Source of the DNA: a virus
Reading direction: 5' to 3' (one strand)
Length of the DNA: 64,000 bases
Virus record (IMG/VR): IMGVR_UViG_3300023174_000053
Coordinates: 96,001-160,000 of that record
The notes beneath the pieces are model-generated. The model ran no database searches, was not told the DNA's origin, and saw only the letters and a list, made by a program, of their open reading frames with translations. Of the stretch, positions 9,913 through 19,825 are shown piece after piece. The first letter of the stretch is position 1. The number at the start of each line of letters is the position of its first letter. The translations under genes and the position numbers were made by a program.

Positions 9913-10065
9913 TCAATCCTCAACATCACCAAAGAGACTTGCGGCAACTTCTGGTCTTACGGCATTAACATTTTCTGCTGATTTAGCAAAAAGAATTTCT
10001 TTAATCTTATCGCTGATATCCGTAGGGGACTCATCAGCTAAAATCATATCCATTAAATCATCCAT
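9913..10065 (-). CDS. Small conserved acidic protein downstream of the portal gene (gp67-like position)
   Basis: Manual translation MDDLMDMILADESPTDISDKIKEILFAKSAENVNAVRPEVAASLFGDVED (50 aa); own TATAAATA promoter at 10090-10097. Confidence 0.8.
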   Translation of the reverse strand: MDDLMDMILADESPTDISDKIKEILFAKSAENVNAVRPEVAASLFGDVED

Positions 10066-10092
10066 AGTTATAATAAGTTTAACTGAAAATAT

Positions 10093-11775
10093 TTATAATT
10101 CCCCAGCAGACCCTAATTCAACACCTGCTTGTTTATCAGTTAATCCTGGTTCTTGGGGCATTGCTCCAAGTTGGTTTTGACTTGGGTCTTGTGGAGCACC
10201 AACAGCACCTGGAGCACCCATTGGGTTCATCATTGCTGCTGGGTCTGGAATAGTTCCATCTTTAATTTCTTTTTTCATTTGTGCGTTAATTTCTTTGATT
10301 TCACTATCAGTTTGACCAAGAATTGTTCTTCTTACATAATCTGCGGAGAAATAACGACCAAGATATGGATCCATCGCAGCAACAACACCTAATTTATCAT
10401 TCATCAATTCATTTTTCTTTAAATCAGAAAAATGATTATCATAAACATAATCAAACTGAATGTGGTCTGATAATGATTCCCAATCTTCTAATGATACAAT
10501 ATTTTTGAGAATTAATTGAGTTTTAAGTAAATCAATAAAAATCTGAGAAAATCTCTTTCTCAATCTTCCAACAAAACGAGTGAATTTAAGTTCATCTCTT
10601 AGAATTTCTGACGAACGACCAAGATTAAATCCACCTTCTGCGGCAAGTCTTGTTGGTGGAACACCTAAAGAATCATAAAGTTTCTTTTGGAAATACTCAA
10701 TATCAGCAAGTTCTCCAAGATTTTGTCCACCAGGAAGTGTAGTGATTTCAGTTCCTCTACCACCTTCTCTTCTTGGTAGCCAGAAGTCCTCAAGCATCGC
10801 CATATGCTTTCTATCATCTTTAATCTCACCAGTGCTTGCATCATATACAAGTTTGTTTCTATAACGGTTCATAACATCACGCAGGTACTGCTCTGCTTTA
10901 ATCTTGGGAAGATTACCAACGTCAATATAGAAAATTCTTCTTTCTGGTGCTCTGGATAGTCTATAAATCACAAGACTATCCTCAATCATTCTTAATTGAT
11001 TGAGTGCCTTGATTGCCTTGTGAAGGAATGAAAGAACTGTTTGCTTGTTTCTATCTACAAGACCAGATGTAACATATACAATCGCATCCTTTGCGATTTT
11101 TACATTATTTACATCTGATACTCTATACGTAGCATTTTGTGATGACCCAACATTTGGATCATACATATAATATTCTTCTACTTCTTGGTTGCTAAAATCA
11201 ACTTGATTTTTTCCATTTACAATATTTCTATATTGAGAACCAAAAGCATCTTTATTGTCTTTTTTGAGTTTTCTTATATACTTAATTTTTAAAGCATCAA
11301 TATATCTTACTTCCTTGATTCCATCTGATGGTTTGCTGAAATCAATTACTTTATGGTAATAAATTCTTCCATCAACATACCAATTCCTAAAAATCTCGTG
11401 GCACTTCTTATCGAAGTCCATAACTTCTTTCAGATACTTAAACTCTTCTCTGATAATCTCTTTTAGTTTATCAGAAGCAGGAAGATTTGAAAGGTCTATC
11501 TCTACTGGAGAATCATTTAAGTCTGATACAATTGCTTCATTTATAACATCCTCAATCGCACTATCGCATTCTGGGTGTAAAGACATCTCACGATATCTTC
11601 TGATTAAATCTGCTTCACTCTTATAAACACCCTCAATGTCTACATATTGGCCATAAAAACCACTTGAAATATAAAAATCTGATTTGTCTTCATCATTTTT
11701 TGGAATGGGGGAAACAATCTTTTTGGACTGCTTCTCCCTATTATCTTCAAATTTAAAACCAAACAGTTTTGCCAT
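10093..11775 (-). CDS. g20: Portal vertex protein gp20
   Basis: LIRRYREM..HPECDSAI; NQLRMIEDSLVIYRLSRAPERRIFYIDVGNLPK.KAEQYL; EDFWLPRREGGRGTEI. Confidence 0.99.
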   Translation of the reverse strand: MAKLFGFKFEDNREKQSKKIVSPIPKNDEDKSDFYISSGFYGQYVDIEGVYKSEADLIRRYREMSLHPECDSAIEDVINEAIVSDLNDSPVEIDLSNLPASDKLKEIIREEFKYLKEVMDFDKKCHEIFRNWYVDGRIYYHKVIDFSKPSDGIKEVRYIDALKIKYIRKLKKDNKDAFGSQYRNIVNGKNQVDFSNQEVEEYYMYDPNVGSSQNATYRVSDVNNVKIAKDAIVYVTSGLVDRNKQTVLSFLHKAIKALNQLRMIEDSLVIYRLSRAPERRIFYIDVGNLPKIKAEQYLRDVMNRYRNKLVYDASTGEIKDDRKHMAMLEDFWLPRREGGRGTEITTLPGGQNLGELADIEYFQKKLYDSLGVPPTRLAAEGGFNLGRSSEILRDELKFTRFVGRLRKRFSQIFIDLLKTQLILKNIVSLEDWESLSDHIQFDYVYDNHFSDLKKNELMNDKLGVVAAMDPYLGRYFSADYVRRTILGQTDSEIKEINAQMKKEIKDGTIPDPAAMMNPMGAPGAVGAPQDPSQNQLGAMPQEPGLTDKQAGVELGSAGEL

Positions 11776-11822
11776 AGTAACGTTATTGTCCTTATTCTAC
11801 TATTTAGTTCCCCAACAAAACA

Positions 11823-12473
11823 TTAAAATTCTTCTTGATCACCTGAACCAAGAATAGTTTTATTATTTCCATCAAGAGCATCCCACCATTGAACTTGAAG
11901 GTCTACTGTAAATTCTTCAATAGTATCTGCTTGATCATAAGAAAGATCAATCGCACTAATGGAAGTTGGGAATGTTCCATAAAATTCATAAGCTTTGAGG
12001 ACTTTTATATCCTTTCCTGATGTAAGATCACCACTAATTTCTGCTTTACCAAGTTGATAAACTTTCATATTTCTTTGGTAATTAACAGGATTCAACTCTC
12101 CCGAATTGTCTTCGTGCTTATTCATATAATTCATCCACTTTTCAAAAGCATTTCTAATTTTGAAGTCAGTATCATTAATTACTGTAATTGTCCAAGGATC
12201 AAATGTTCTATCACCAGCAATCTTGAGATTTCTTCCTCTAAAAGGAATATCAATTACGTTAATTGTTGAAGCAGGTAATTGTGCTGATTTAATTAAAAAT
12301 CTAGTTACATCCTCAAGAACATTTCCACCAAATCCCAAATTAAGATTGGTGGGAAAGGTAATTTCACATTCAAAGAGGTTAGGTCTTGCTCCACCTCCAG
12401 AAATTCTATTCTTGAAGTCGTTTAGAGTTCTAGATCCAGGTGATACTGGACCACCAGTAAATTGATTAGCCAT
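11823..12473 (-). CDS. g19: Tail tube protein gp19
   Basis: GGGARPNLF, PFRGR.LKIAGDRTF.PWTITVIND, FPTSIS.IDLS, IEEF.V. Confidence 0.97.
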   Translation of the reverse strand: MANQFTGGPVSPGSRTLNDFKNRISGGGARPNLFECEITFPTNLNLGFGGNVLEDVTRFLIKSAQLPASTINVIDIPFRGRNLKIAGDRTFDPWTITVINDTDFKIRNAFEKWMNYMNKHEDNSGELNPVNYQRNMKVYQLGKAEISGDLTSGKDIKVLKAYEFYGTFPTSISAIDLSYDQADTIEEFTVDLQVQWWDALDGNNKTILGSGDQEEF

Positions 12474-12491
12474 TGTTTTTTACCTCGTTAA

Positions 12492-14867
12492 TTAAACAGT
12501 ACCGATAATTTCTTCAAAACTAACTCCTGTGCGAGTAGCAACAAAAGTCAATCCGATAAAGTTGATTGTTCTTGCGGGTTTGATGTAGATATCAGCTTTG
12601 AACTGATTTCCATCAATAACATCAGGTGTGTTGTTTGACTCATCGCAGACAACAACGAAATCAGTAATACCTCGTTTTGACTTCACATCACGGAGATAAG
12701 GTTCAACGATATTGATAAAGTTTGCTCTGGTGATTGTATCATTAAACTCAAAGAGTTGTGCTCTTGCTGCACTTTCAATTGATGATTCAAGTGTGAGGAA
12801 TAAACGACGAACGTTAATTCTATCAAAAGCTGAGACATATGAAAGAGCAGTCCTATCACCAAATAGAATAATACCAGCACCAGGAGAGAAGATGATTGGA
12901 TTAATTCTATTAGGATAAAGAATATCTCTTTGTGCTTGTGAAGGATTGTAAGCAAGTTTAACTGCGTTATTGAGTGCTCCTCTGCTCGCACCAGCAGGTG
13001 AGAACCAAGGATACTGATTGATTGATGTTCTAGCCATCAATCCAGCAACGTCAGCATTACAAGCAACATATCTGAACTGATTGTTAAATCTATCATAAAT
13101 GTACTTATAACCAGTATCAAATACTGCATAAGATGATGAATTTAATGGGCCAAAGAAATTAAAAATATTATTAGTTTGAGTATCAGAGTTTGCTATATTA
13201 ACAACACCGTCTTTATGTGGTGAAATGGTAGCAACACAGTCCTTACGAACATCTGCGATTGCGATTAATTCATTTGCCTTTGCTTGTGATTCTTGAATTG
13301 TAGTACCACCAGAAGGACCACCAATCAAAAAGTCAATTTTGTATTCTGCTGGATTTGTGAAGTTTCTGTAAGCACTAATTACATCTGATAAACCAACTGA
13401 ATAACCACCAACACTACTAACTCCAGAATAATCTTTACCACCAGTTAAATTGTAGATAGATGCTCCAATACAATTGAATGTATTGCTTTGTGCTGCTAGA
13501 CCCCACGTAGTATTAGATGCTGATGCGACACCCGATACTGTTGAGAACTTTGTTTTATTTCCAGTTGGAGCAAGTCCAGGGAAAATATATTGTGAATTAT
13601 TAGCAATAATATCTTTATAGTAATTTGCTTCTGCTGGAGAAATCTTCGCATCAAATGCTTTGGATAGATTTGTATATTTTTCTAAAATATTTCCAGCAGT
13701 ACCAGTTACTGCTCCAGTATCATCAACAACAACGACGTGAAGTTCATCATTTCTTCCACTTCTTTCGGAAGCATATTGAGATGTTCTTGGTCTTGGTGCG
13801 ATATTTTTCCAATAAACAGTAGCATTCGTTAATCCTAATGTTTGTTCATTATACCAATCAGATGCTGTTGCCGTGCGACCACTAGATGCAATACCAAGAA
13901 CCGCAAGTTCTACTGTTCCTGATGCTGCTGCTGCTGTACTTATACCAATTGAATTTGCAGTAGATCCAAGTCCAACATAAGTTGTATCTACTGGAATAAA
14001 AGAGTTACCTCCAGATACTTCAACAATAAACTGACCCGTAGCAATACCAGTGGGAACAGTACTGACATTTATTGATGTCGAACCACTAGAAATTGTACCT
14101 GTAAATCTTGCAGTTGAGGTTTCTATTTTAACAAAAGCACCACTATTGTCTATAATTCTAATAGTTTGATCGTTAGTAAAAGCACTTACACTTCCTTCCG
14201 AATAAGAAGTTTCAGTAAATATACTTGAACCAGAACCAGTTTTTGCAGTAATTTTTACATCAATTGAACCAGCATTAACTTTGGTAATAATACCTTTAAG
14301 AGTTCCTGATTCTGTTGTTGTTGTTCCAATACCAGCAACTGATTGAGAGAAAGCAGCAGTAACAGCATATCCAACTGCATTAGTCAATCCAGCAGTTCCA
14401 ATTGCAATTCTTTGGTCTGCTGCGGCATCAATAACACAAACCTTCAAGTTATTTGCCCAAGAACCTGGGTTTCTAGCAGCCCAAGCCCAATCAGTAGCAG
14501 TGGTATAACTATTATTATAATTTTCAGTTGATTTAATTTTAACTGTAGTTCCTGCGGTAGAACCAATCCCAGTAGAATTTGCGTTGTTTAATGCTGTTCC
14601 ATCACATCTTACAACTCTCAAAATACCACCGTAAGAAAGATATGAAGAAGCACCTAACCAATATTCATATTGTGCGTCTGAAGAAATTGGTTTTCCAAAT
14701 GTATTGAGTAAATCATTCTCTGTTTCAATTAAAATAGGAACATTGACTGGACCCTTTTGGAAAGGACCAGCAATAGCTCCAACTTGATTGTTTGCTGCGG
14801 TAATTCCACCAACAGTCAAATCAACTTCTCTTATTCTGACTCCTGGTGATACTAAATTTAACGCCAT
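12492..14867 (-). CDS. g18: Tail sheath protein gp18
   Basis: SPGV..RE.DLT; PWFSPAG..RG; SAFDRINVRRLF; FEFND..TR..F. Confidence 0.98.
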   Translation of the reverse strand: MALNLVSPGVRIREVDLTVGGITAANNQVGAIAGPFQKGPVNVPILIETENDLLNTFGKPISSDAQYEYWLGASSYLSYGGILRVVRCDGTALNNANSTGIGSTAGTTVKIKSTENYNNSYTTATDWAWAARNPGSWANNLKVCVIDAAADQRIAIGTAGLTNAVGYAVTAAFSQSVAGIGTTTTESGTLKGIITKVNAGSIDVKITAKTGSGSSIFTETSYSEGSVSAFTNDQTIRIIDNSGAFVKIETSTARFTGTISSGSTSINVSTVPTGIATGQFIVEVSGGNSFIPVDTTYVGLGSTANSIGISTAAAASGTVELAVLGIASSGRTATASDWYNEQTLGLTNATVYWKNIAPRPRTSQYASERSGRNDELHVVVVDDTGAVTGTAGNILEKYTNLSKAFDAKISPAEANYYKDIIANNSQYIFPGLAPTGNKTKFSTVSGVASASNTTWGLAAQSNTFNCIGASIYNLTGGKDYSGVSSVGGYSVGLSDVISAYRNFTNPAEYKIDFLIGGPSGGTTIQESQAKANELIAIADVRKDCVATISPHKDGVVNIANSDTQTNNIFNFFGPLNSSSYAVFDTGYKYIYDRFNNQFRYVACNADVAGLMARTSINQYPWFSPAGASRGALNNAVKLAYNPSQAQRDILYPNRINPIIFSPGAGIILFGDRTALSYVSAFDRINVRRLFLTLESSIESAARAQLFEFNDTITRANFINIVEPYLRDVKSKRGITDFVVVCDESNNTPDVIDGNQFKADIYIKPARTINFIGLTFVATRTGVSFEEIIGTV

Positions 14868-14868
14868 C

Positions 14869-14940
14869 TGTTTCCCCTCGTGAAGAAGTTCATTTTGCCT
14901 AAAAGTATTTATAAATTGTTATTCTTCAAATGGGGAAACA
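14869..14940 (-). promoter_or_regulatory. g18 late promoter (TATAAATA 14906-14913) enclosed by an inverted repeat that pairs with the g18 SD region
   Basis: TGTTTCCCC(14869-77)/GGGGAAACA(14932-40) plus TGAAGAA(14881-87)/TTCTTCA(14922-28). Confidence 0.75.
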
Positions 14941-14952
14941 ATACGTGAACAA

Positions 14953-15186
14953 TTACCAGTCTGGGTATTGAGAATCTATAGATTTTTGTGATTGTTTTTT
15001 TCTACTATTGATAATTCTATTCACAGTACATTCTTTACATTCATATGAATAAGCAGAGGGGAATCCTCTTCTATTTTTTCTAGTCAAATAAAAATCATTT
15101 AGTAAATCTTTTTTTATTTTACAAGTTCTACATTTTCTTTCTTTGAAGAGTAAATTATCCAATTCAAGTTCTTCTTCAAACTTCAT
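14953..15186 (-). CDS. Small Zn-ribbon protein (CxxC...CxxC)
   Basis: CRTC...YECKEC; TAATG overlap with the g17 stop. Confidence 0.75.
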   Translation of the reverse strand: MKFEEELELDNLLFKERKCRTCKIKKDLLNDFYLTRKNRRGFPSAYSYECKECTVNRIINSRKKQSQKSIDSQYPDW

Positions 15187-16835
15187 TATTGATATTCCCA
15201 CATAAAAGATCTATCCCCATACTCATCCAAATGCCACCTATCACCGTCATTATCAACAAATGATGTATCATCACTCAATCCATCAGACATAAAACCAAAT
15301 GGAGCCATATCTTGTTCGATTTGATCTTTTTGGTCTTCGTATATTCTTTTACGAACATCATTATCAGTCATCTCCTTGAAATAATCCTGAACGACTAACC
15401 AAGCAAAAATCACAAGACACATCGCAAGGTCATCATTACATCCTTCTTCTGCTTCAAATGATTGACTTTTTTGAATAAAAGTTGTTAGTTCACTAATAAT
15501 ATCATAATCTTTAATGACTAACTTATCATCTTCAATAATTGTTTTTAGGTTAGAGCATCCAACTTTTTTAACTGTTTTGGACATTTTAATTCCAAGTTGA
15601 GTTTTCTTACCAGAAAAACCCTGACCAACCATTTGACCTGCTCTTCCTCTCATTGAACACATCAAAATATTATCATATTCCAAATCATAATGAAGAATAC
15701 TTGAAACTTGCTCTCCGATATCATTTACTTCGGCAAGAACAAATGCTTTGTTGTATGCTTTTGCTATATCGTGAATGATATTTGGAAAAAGCATAGGTTT
15801 AATTTCATTGTTTCGATATTTTGCGACTACCTTGTATGGGAATTGACTAATATCAAATACAATAAAAGCAGAGTAATCATTACTCATTCCACGAGATACG
15901 TCCACAGTCATTAGATATGTGTGTTTTTCGATTGGATCTTCATAGACATCCATTCCTTTGCTTCTATTAAGTGGATCATCATAAACCATCATTCTAAGTT
16001 TTGATGGAGTAATCAAAGTATCAACAGACCCCAAGAATTCACACTCAAACTCTTGTGTAAACTGTCGTTCAGAAGTATTCGCAATAGTTTGTCGTTTCCA
16101 CTCTGCGTCCCTTCCAGGCACCGCAGACCAATGAACTTCTAGTGGAATATAACCATTCTTTCCTCTTTCCGCATCGTGCCAGAGTTTATAAAACATATTC
16201 ATCCCATTTGGAGTTGAGATGATAATAACTTTTGTACTCGTTCCTGAAGAAATGGTAGGATATACAGAAGAGAAAAACTGTTCTGCGATGTGATTTGGAA
16301 TGAACGCAAATTCATCCAAGAAAATAATATTGAAAGAGTTTCCTCGAACAGCAGATGATGATGTGGATGCTGCTACAATTTTGGATCCATTTTCAAGTTC
16401 CAAAGAACCTTTATTCCAAGAACCAACACCTTGCTGTAACCACTTTGGTAAATTTTCATAAGACAGTTGTAATCTACCTAAAAGTTCTCTTGCTGTTTCT
16501 GCTTTGTTTGCTAGAATTGCAATTCTTATATTATCATTGAATAAAGCATAATGAAGAAGATAAGAAACAACAGTAGTAGATTTTCCTGTCTGTCTTGGAA
16601 GTTTTGCGATATTAAATCTATTTTGATGAAAGTTTGTAATTAGTTCTTCTTGGAAATCATACATATCAAACGGAACCAATCCGTGATCCAAAGAAACAAT
16701 TTTCACATAATTTTTTGCAAAATGAATTGGGTCACTTTTGCATTTTAAGTATTCTTGAATTTGGTCTGTAGTAAATTCAATTTGGACGTTTTCCGCTTTT
16801 AAGTTTGGATTGCCCTTATAATGTTTATCAATCAT
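15186..16835 (-). CDS. g17: Terminase large subunit gp17
   Basis: YKGNPNLK; PRQTGKST Walker A; IIFLDEFAF Walker B; STPNG.N.FY; DDL.M.LV. Confidence 0.98.
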   Translation of the reverse strand: MIDKHYKGNPNLKAENVQIEFTTDQIQEYLKCKSDPIHFAKNYVKIVSLDHGLVPFDMYDFQEELITNFHQNRFNIAKLPRQTGKSTTVVSYLLHYALFNDNIRIAILANKAETARELLGRLQLSYENLPKWLQQGVGSWNKGSLELENGSKIVAASTSSSAVRGNSFNIIFLDEFAFIPNHIAEQFFSSVYPTISSGTSTKVIIISTPNGMNMFYKLWHDAERGKNGYIPLEVHWSAVPGRDAEWKRQTIANTSERQFTQEFECEFLGSVDTLITPSKLRMMVYDDPLNRSKGMDVYEDPIEKHTYLMTVDVSRGMSNDYSAFIVFDISQFPYKVVAKYRNNEIKPMLFPNIIHDIAKAYNKAFVLAEVNDIGEQVSSILHYDLEYDNILMCSMRGRAGQMVGQGFSGKKTQLGIKMSKTVKKVGCSNLKTIIEDDKLVIKDYDIISELTTFIQKSQSFEAEEGCNDDLAMCLVIFAWLVVQDYFKEMTDNDVRKRIYEDQKDQIEQDMAPFGFMSDGLSDDTSFVDNDGDRWHLDEYGDRSFMWEYQ

Positions 16836-17014
16836 AAATTAATAGCCATACTTGCGACTGTTTCTTGTTGTTTGAAATAAAGTTTTACATAAGATTTTGA
16901 TATATTCTTCAAAAGTTCTACATCATCGCAAGAATCAATTTCCCTAGAAATTTTTTCATATTCAAAAATCTTAGAAAGATTATCTAATTTAATATCATTT
17001 GGATCCATTTTCAT
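16832..17014 (-). CDS. Small hypothetical protein
   Basis: 60-aa ORF overlapping both neighbours (KIFEYEKISREID). Confidence 0.7.
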   Translation of the reverse strand: MKMDPNDIKLDNLSKIFEYEKISREIDSCDDVELLKNISKSYVKLYFKQQETVASMAINL

Positions 17015-18311
17015 TTCCTGTGAATAGTAAAGGTTTTGTTGGGTCTTTTACGGATGGATTGTATGATAAAACAATCGCACCAGGATATATTTTTCTTACT
17101 TCAAAAGTGACCTGATCTTTTGGAGGTCTAGCAAATTGCGGGAAAAACATTTGAGCTGAAATATATTTTCCTCTCCAATTTAACAGAATACTATAAGTAG
17201 ATCCACGAGACTGTATCCGTGTATATATTTCTTGAATATTTTTTAAATTTTTCATCTTTTTATAATTATATTTTTCTTTCATATGGGATGAAAAAATATT
17301 ATGAATTATTTCCTTTGTATGATCGTGTGGTTCTACGGCAAAAGAATATGCTCTCCAAAATTCAGGTCCATGTTTACATACGTGCATATGTTCCATTTTT
17401 TTACATTTTGGGCAATACCTTTCTTCTCCTCCATAAATGGGAGTGTCCCATTCATACGCAAGAGCATCAGTACTTTCCGATTTCGTTCCCCAACTATCGG
17501 CACCGACTTTGCGACATTTGACAAGTGCTCCAGAAGCATATGCAGAAGGCCAAACTTTATATCTTGATTTTACTTTTTTATAGCAAGCGTCTTTTTCACC
17601 AGCAGATTCATTTGTGGCAACCATTTTTGCCTTACCTTTTCTATCTGGATTTGGGTCTTCTCTTCTTTTTCTTCTTGCTGCTGTGTCTTCTTCCTCATCT
17701 GACATATTTGCAGCCATTTTTGATGAACCACATTTTGGTTTAGTAGTTTGTCCTGGTTGACGGGCACAAGGAGCACCAGCAAACTTTCCACCAATTTGAG
17801 TCCATCCTTTTACTTTTTTTCCTGTTTTTGGATTTGTTCCACTTGATTTCGCAAACCAATCATGGAGAGATTCATCTCCAGATGCAGTTTCTTCACTAAC
17901 ACCTTTCATTCTTTCTGGTTTAATTAAATCAATAATTTCTAAAAATGTATTTCCGTTTGCATCTTCAATCGTAACTGTTTCCTTTACATCTTTGAACTTT
18001 TTGTGTTCTTTTTTCGCACTTGCTTCCATTTTTTTGAGACGAGTATAATAATCTGGTATTTCATCGAGATGCTGAAGAGAAATATAAGTTGCTAATGTTT
18101 TATTTTTTGTATGTTCGTGCTCAATAGGAATTCCCATCTTAAGTTGTTTTTCAATAAAAGACACTTCTAAACGGTGCTTTGTCGCAATTGCTTCAACCGT
18201 TTTGTGTGGTTTTACTTTAGGGCACTTTGCTTTTCCGTGAGTGGGACAATCCATTCCTTTTGGACTTCCATTACAACTTGCCTCTAAAATAAATTCCTGA
18301 AAAGTTTTCAT
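16995..18311 (-). CDS. Modular protein with a T4-type capsid-targeting N-terminus; contains a DUF5661-like HEH domain and Cys-rich modules
   Basis: Starts MKTFQEFILEA; QLKMGIPIEHEHT...QHLDEIPDYYTRL; DACYKKVKSRYKVWPSAYASGALVKCRK; late-promoter variant TCTAAATA at 18327-18334. Confidence 0.75.
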   Translation of the reverse strand: MKTFQEFILEASCNGSPKGMDCPTHGKAKCPKVKPHKTVEAIATKHRLEVSFIEKQLKMGIPIEHEHTKNKTLATYISLQHLDEIPDYYTRLKKMEASAKKEHKKFKDVKETVTIEDANGNTFLEIIDLIKPERMKGVSEETASGDESLHDWFAKSSGTNPKTGKKVKGWTQIGGKFAGAPCARQPGQTTKPKCGSSKMAANMSDEEEDTAARRKRREDPNPDRKGKAKMVATNESAGEKDACYKKVKSRYKVWPSAYASGALVKCRKVGADSWGTKSESTDALAYEWDTPIYGGEERYCPKCKKMEHMHVCKHGPEFWRAYSFAVEPHDHTKEIIHNIFSSHMKEKYNYKKMKNLKNIQEIYTRIQSRGSTYSILLNWRGKYISAQMFFPQFARPPKDQVTFEVRKIYPGAIVLSYNPSVKDPTKPLLFTGNENGSK

Positions 18312-18325
18312 TAGAAATTTTTTAA

Positions 18326-18748
18326 TTATTTAGAGTCCATTAGACCTTTCTTCAATAATTTTTGAAGGTCTGCTGTGGAACCAATAAAAACAGAATTATT
18401 AACGGTAGAAGGACCTCTATTGTCTTCTTCTTTCAGTTTCTTCATCTTGTGTTGTAGATCAATCAACTTATCAGTCACATCACCAACATTTTTAATTAAC
18501 TGACCTGCTACTTCATATGCTCTTGGACTATCACTTTGTTGTGCTAAATCCATAATACTATCAATTGCTTCTTGTCCTTTTTCAATTAGTGAATATAGAT
18601 TTCCTCTTGTATATTCATAATCCTTATCACTCTCTTCCCCAGAAGTCGGTCTTGCTATTGCTTCTTTTGATTTTTTTACAATCTCTTTTGATACAGAAGT
18701 TGCTTCTATCTCTAATGCTTCATCTATATTTTCGAATTTACTTTTCAT
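18326..18748 (-). CDS. g16: Terminase small subunit gp16
   Basis: DYEYTRGNLYSLIEKGQEA; PRAYEVAGQLIK; VFIGSTADLQK. Confidence 0.95.
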   Translation of the reverse strand: MKSKFENIDEALEIEATSVSKEIVKKSKEAIARPTSGEESDKDYEYTRGNLYSLIEKGQEAIDSIMDLAQQSDSPRAYEVAGQLIKNVGDVTDKLIDLQHKMKKLKEEDNRGPSTVNNSVFIGSTADLQKLLKKGLMDSK

Positions 18749-19803
18749 AATGATACATCAATCCCCTTTGTTGTACTGTAAACTTTACCATCACCAAAAT
18801 CAAAACGAGATTCACTAAATCCAAAATCATCGTCCATTTCAACTAATTCATTATCTGCTGTTGTAATTACATCAATTGAATCACCTTCATTGTGAGATTC
18901 AATTGATGTACCGTCTTGTCCTCTTAATACAGTTAAAATATTTCCAGAAATATTTTTGATATACATTTCCTCATTACTAATCATAATATAAGAATTATTA
19001 ACCAAGGATACAGCACTTGAAACATTAAATGCAGTTACTTTATCATCAATATTTTCAGCAAGTGTTGTGGTGTTGTCGTTATTGTAATCCTTAATTGCTC
19101 TTGGAGTAGCAGTATATCTCAATTGTCTTGATGCATTCTTTGTATCTGTATTTGTATAATAATCAACTTGGACTTTTTTGATTATTCCATCTGTACTGTC
19201 TGGAATTGGACCAAACAGATATGTTTTTGCTGTAAAGTTTAAAGTATATACCAAAGCTCTTCTTTCTTTGTAATCACTTTCATAATTATCTTCCATACTA
19301 ATTCCTTCCAAAATTACAGGAACATCCTTTTTTTCACCTATTGATGAAATCAAATTGATTGTTAATGAAAAACTTGGTTGAAATGCTGGAAGAATTTGTT
19401 CTACAATTTGAAGCATATCATCATTCAACTTAGTCATAATACTAAGTTGAAAACCAATATTATAAGGAACAGGCATAAAAACTTTAACTTGTTCTGTTCT
19501 ATCGGTAGTTTTTATTGCCTTGAATGTTTGCATAGCAGAAACTTTTCTGCTGCTATCATATTTCAAACTCGTCATCTCAAAAGACATTCGAGGAAGAGTC
19601 ATCGCAACTCTTTTTCTCAAATCTGGTTTTTGTTCTACTCTTGCTAAAAACTTTTGAATTGGACCATAAGCAATAGGAACTTTTATAAAACTATAATCAG
19701 TACCATCCTGCTCCTCGTGCTTAATGTACACTTCATTAAAAAGTGTACCAAAAGCAATGATGGTTTTTCTGATTATTTCATTGTAACTATAAGTTCCTAA
19801 CAT
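18745..19803 (-). CDS. g15: Tail sheath stabilizer/completion protein gp15
   Basis: IRKTIIAFGTLFN; VPIAYGP..KFLAR; TLPRMSFE; PVPYN; QIVEQILP.FQP. Confidence 0.95.
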   Translation of the reverse strand: MLGTYSYNEIIRKTIIAFGTLFNEVYIKHEEQDGTDYSFIKVPIAYGPIQKFLARVEQKPDLRKRVAMTLPRMSFEMTSLKYDSSRKVSAMQTFKAIKTTDRTEQVKVFMPVPYNIGFQLSIMTKLNDDMLQIVEQILPAFQPSFSLTINLISSIGEKKDVPVILEGISMEDNYESDYKERRALVYTLNFTAKTYLFGPIPDSTDGIIKKVQVDYYTNTDTKNASRQLRYTATPRAIKDYNNDNTTTLAENIDDKVTAFNVSSAVSLVNNSYIMISNEEMYIKNISGNILTVLRGQDGTSIESHNEGDSIDVITTADNELVEMDDDFGFSESRFDFGDGKVYSTTKGIDVSL

Positions 19804-19825
19804 AACAATAGAGTTTATTAATTAT

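Noticed and set aside
14953-15186. Homing endonuclease next to the terminase gene
   Set aside because: Only a CxxC...CxxC Zn ribbon; no HNH or GIY-YIG catalytic motif and too short
618-16835. Introns or inteins in g55, uvsW, g23, g20 or g17
   Set aside because: All are uninterrupted and of normal length, with no intein or group I intron signatures seen
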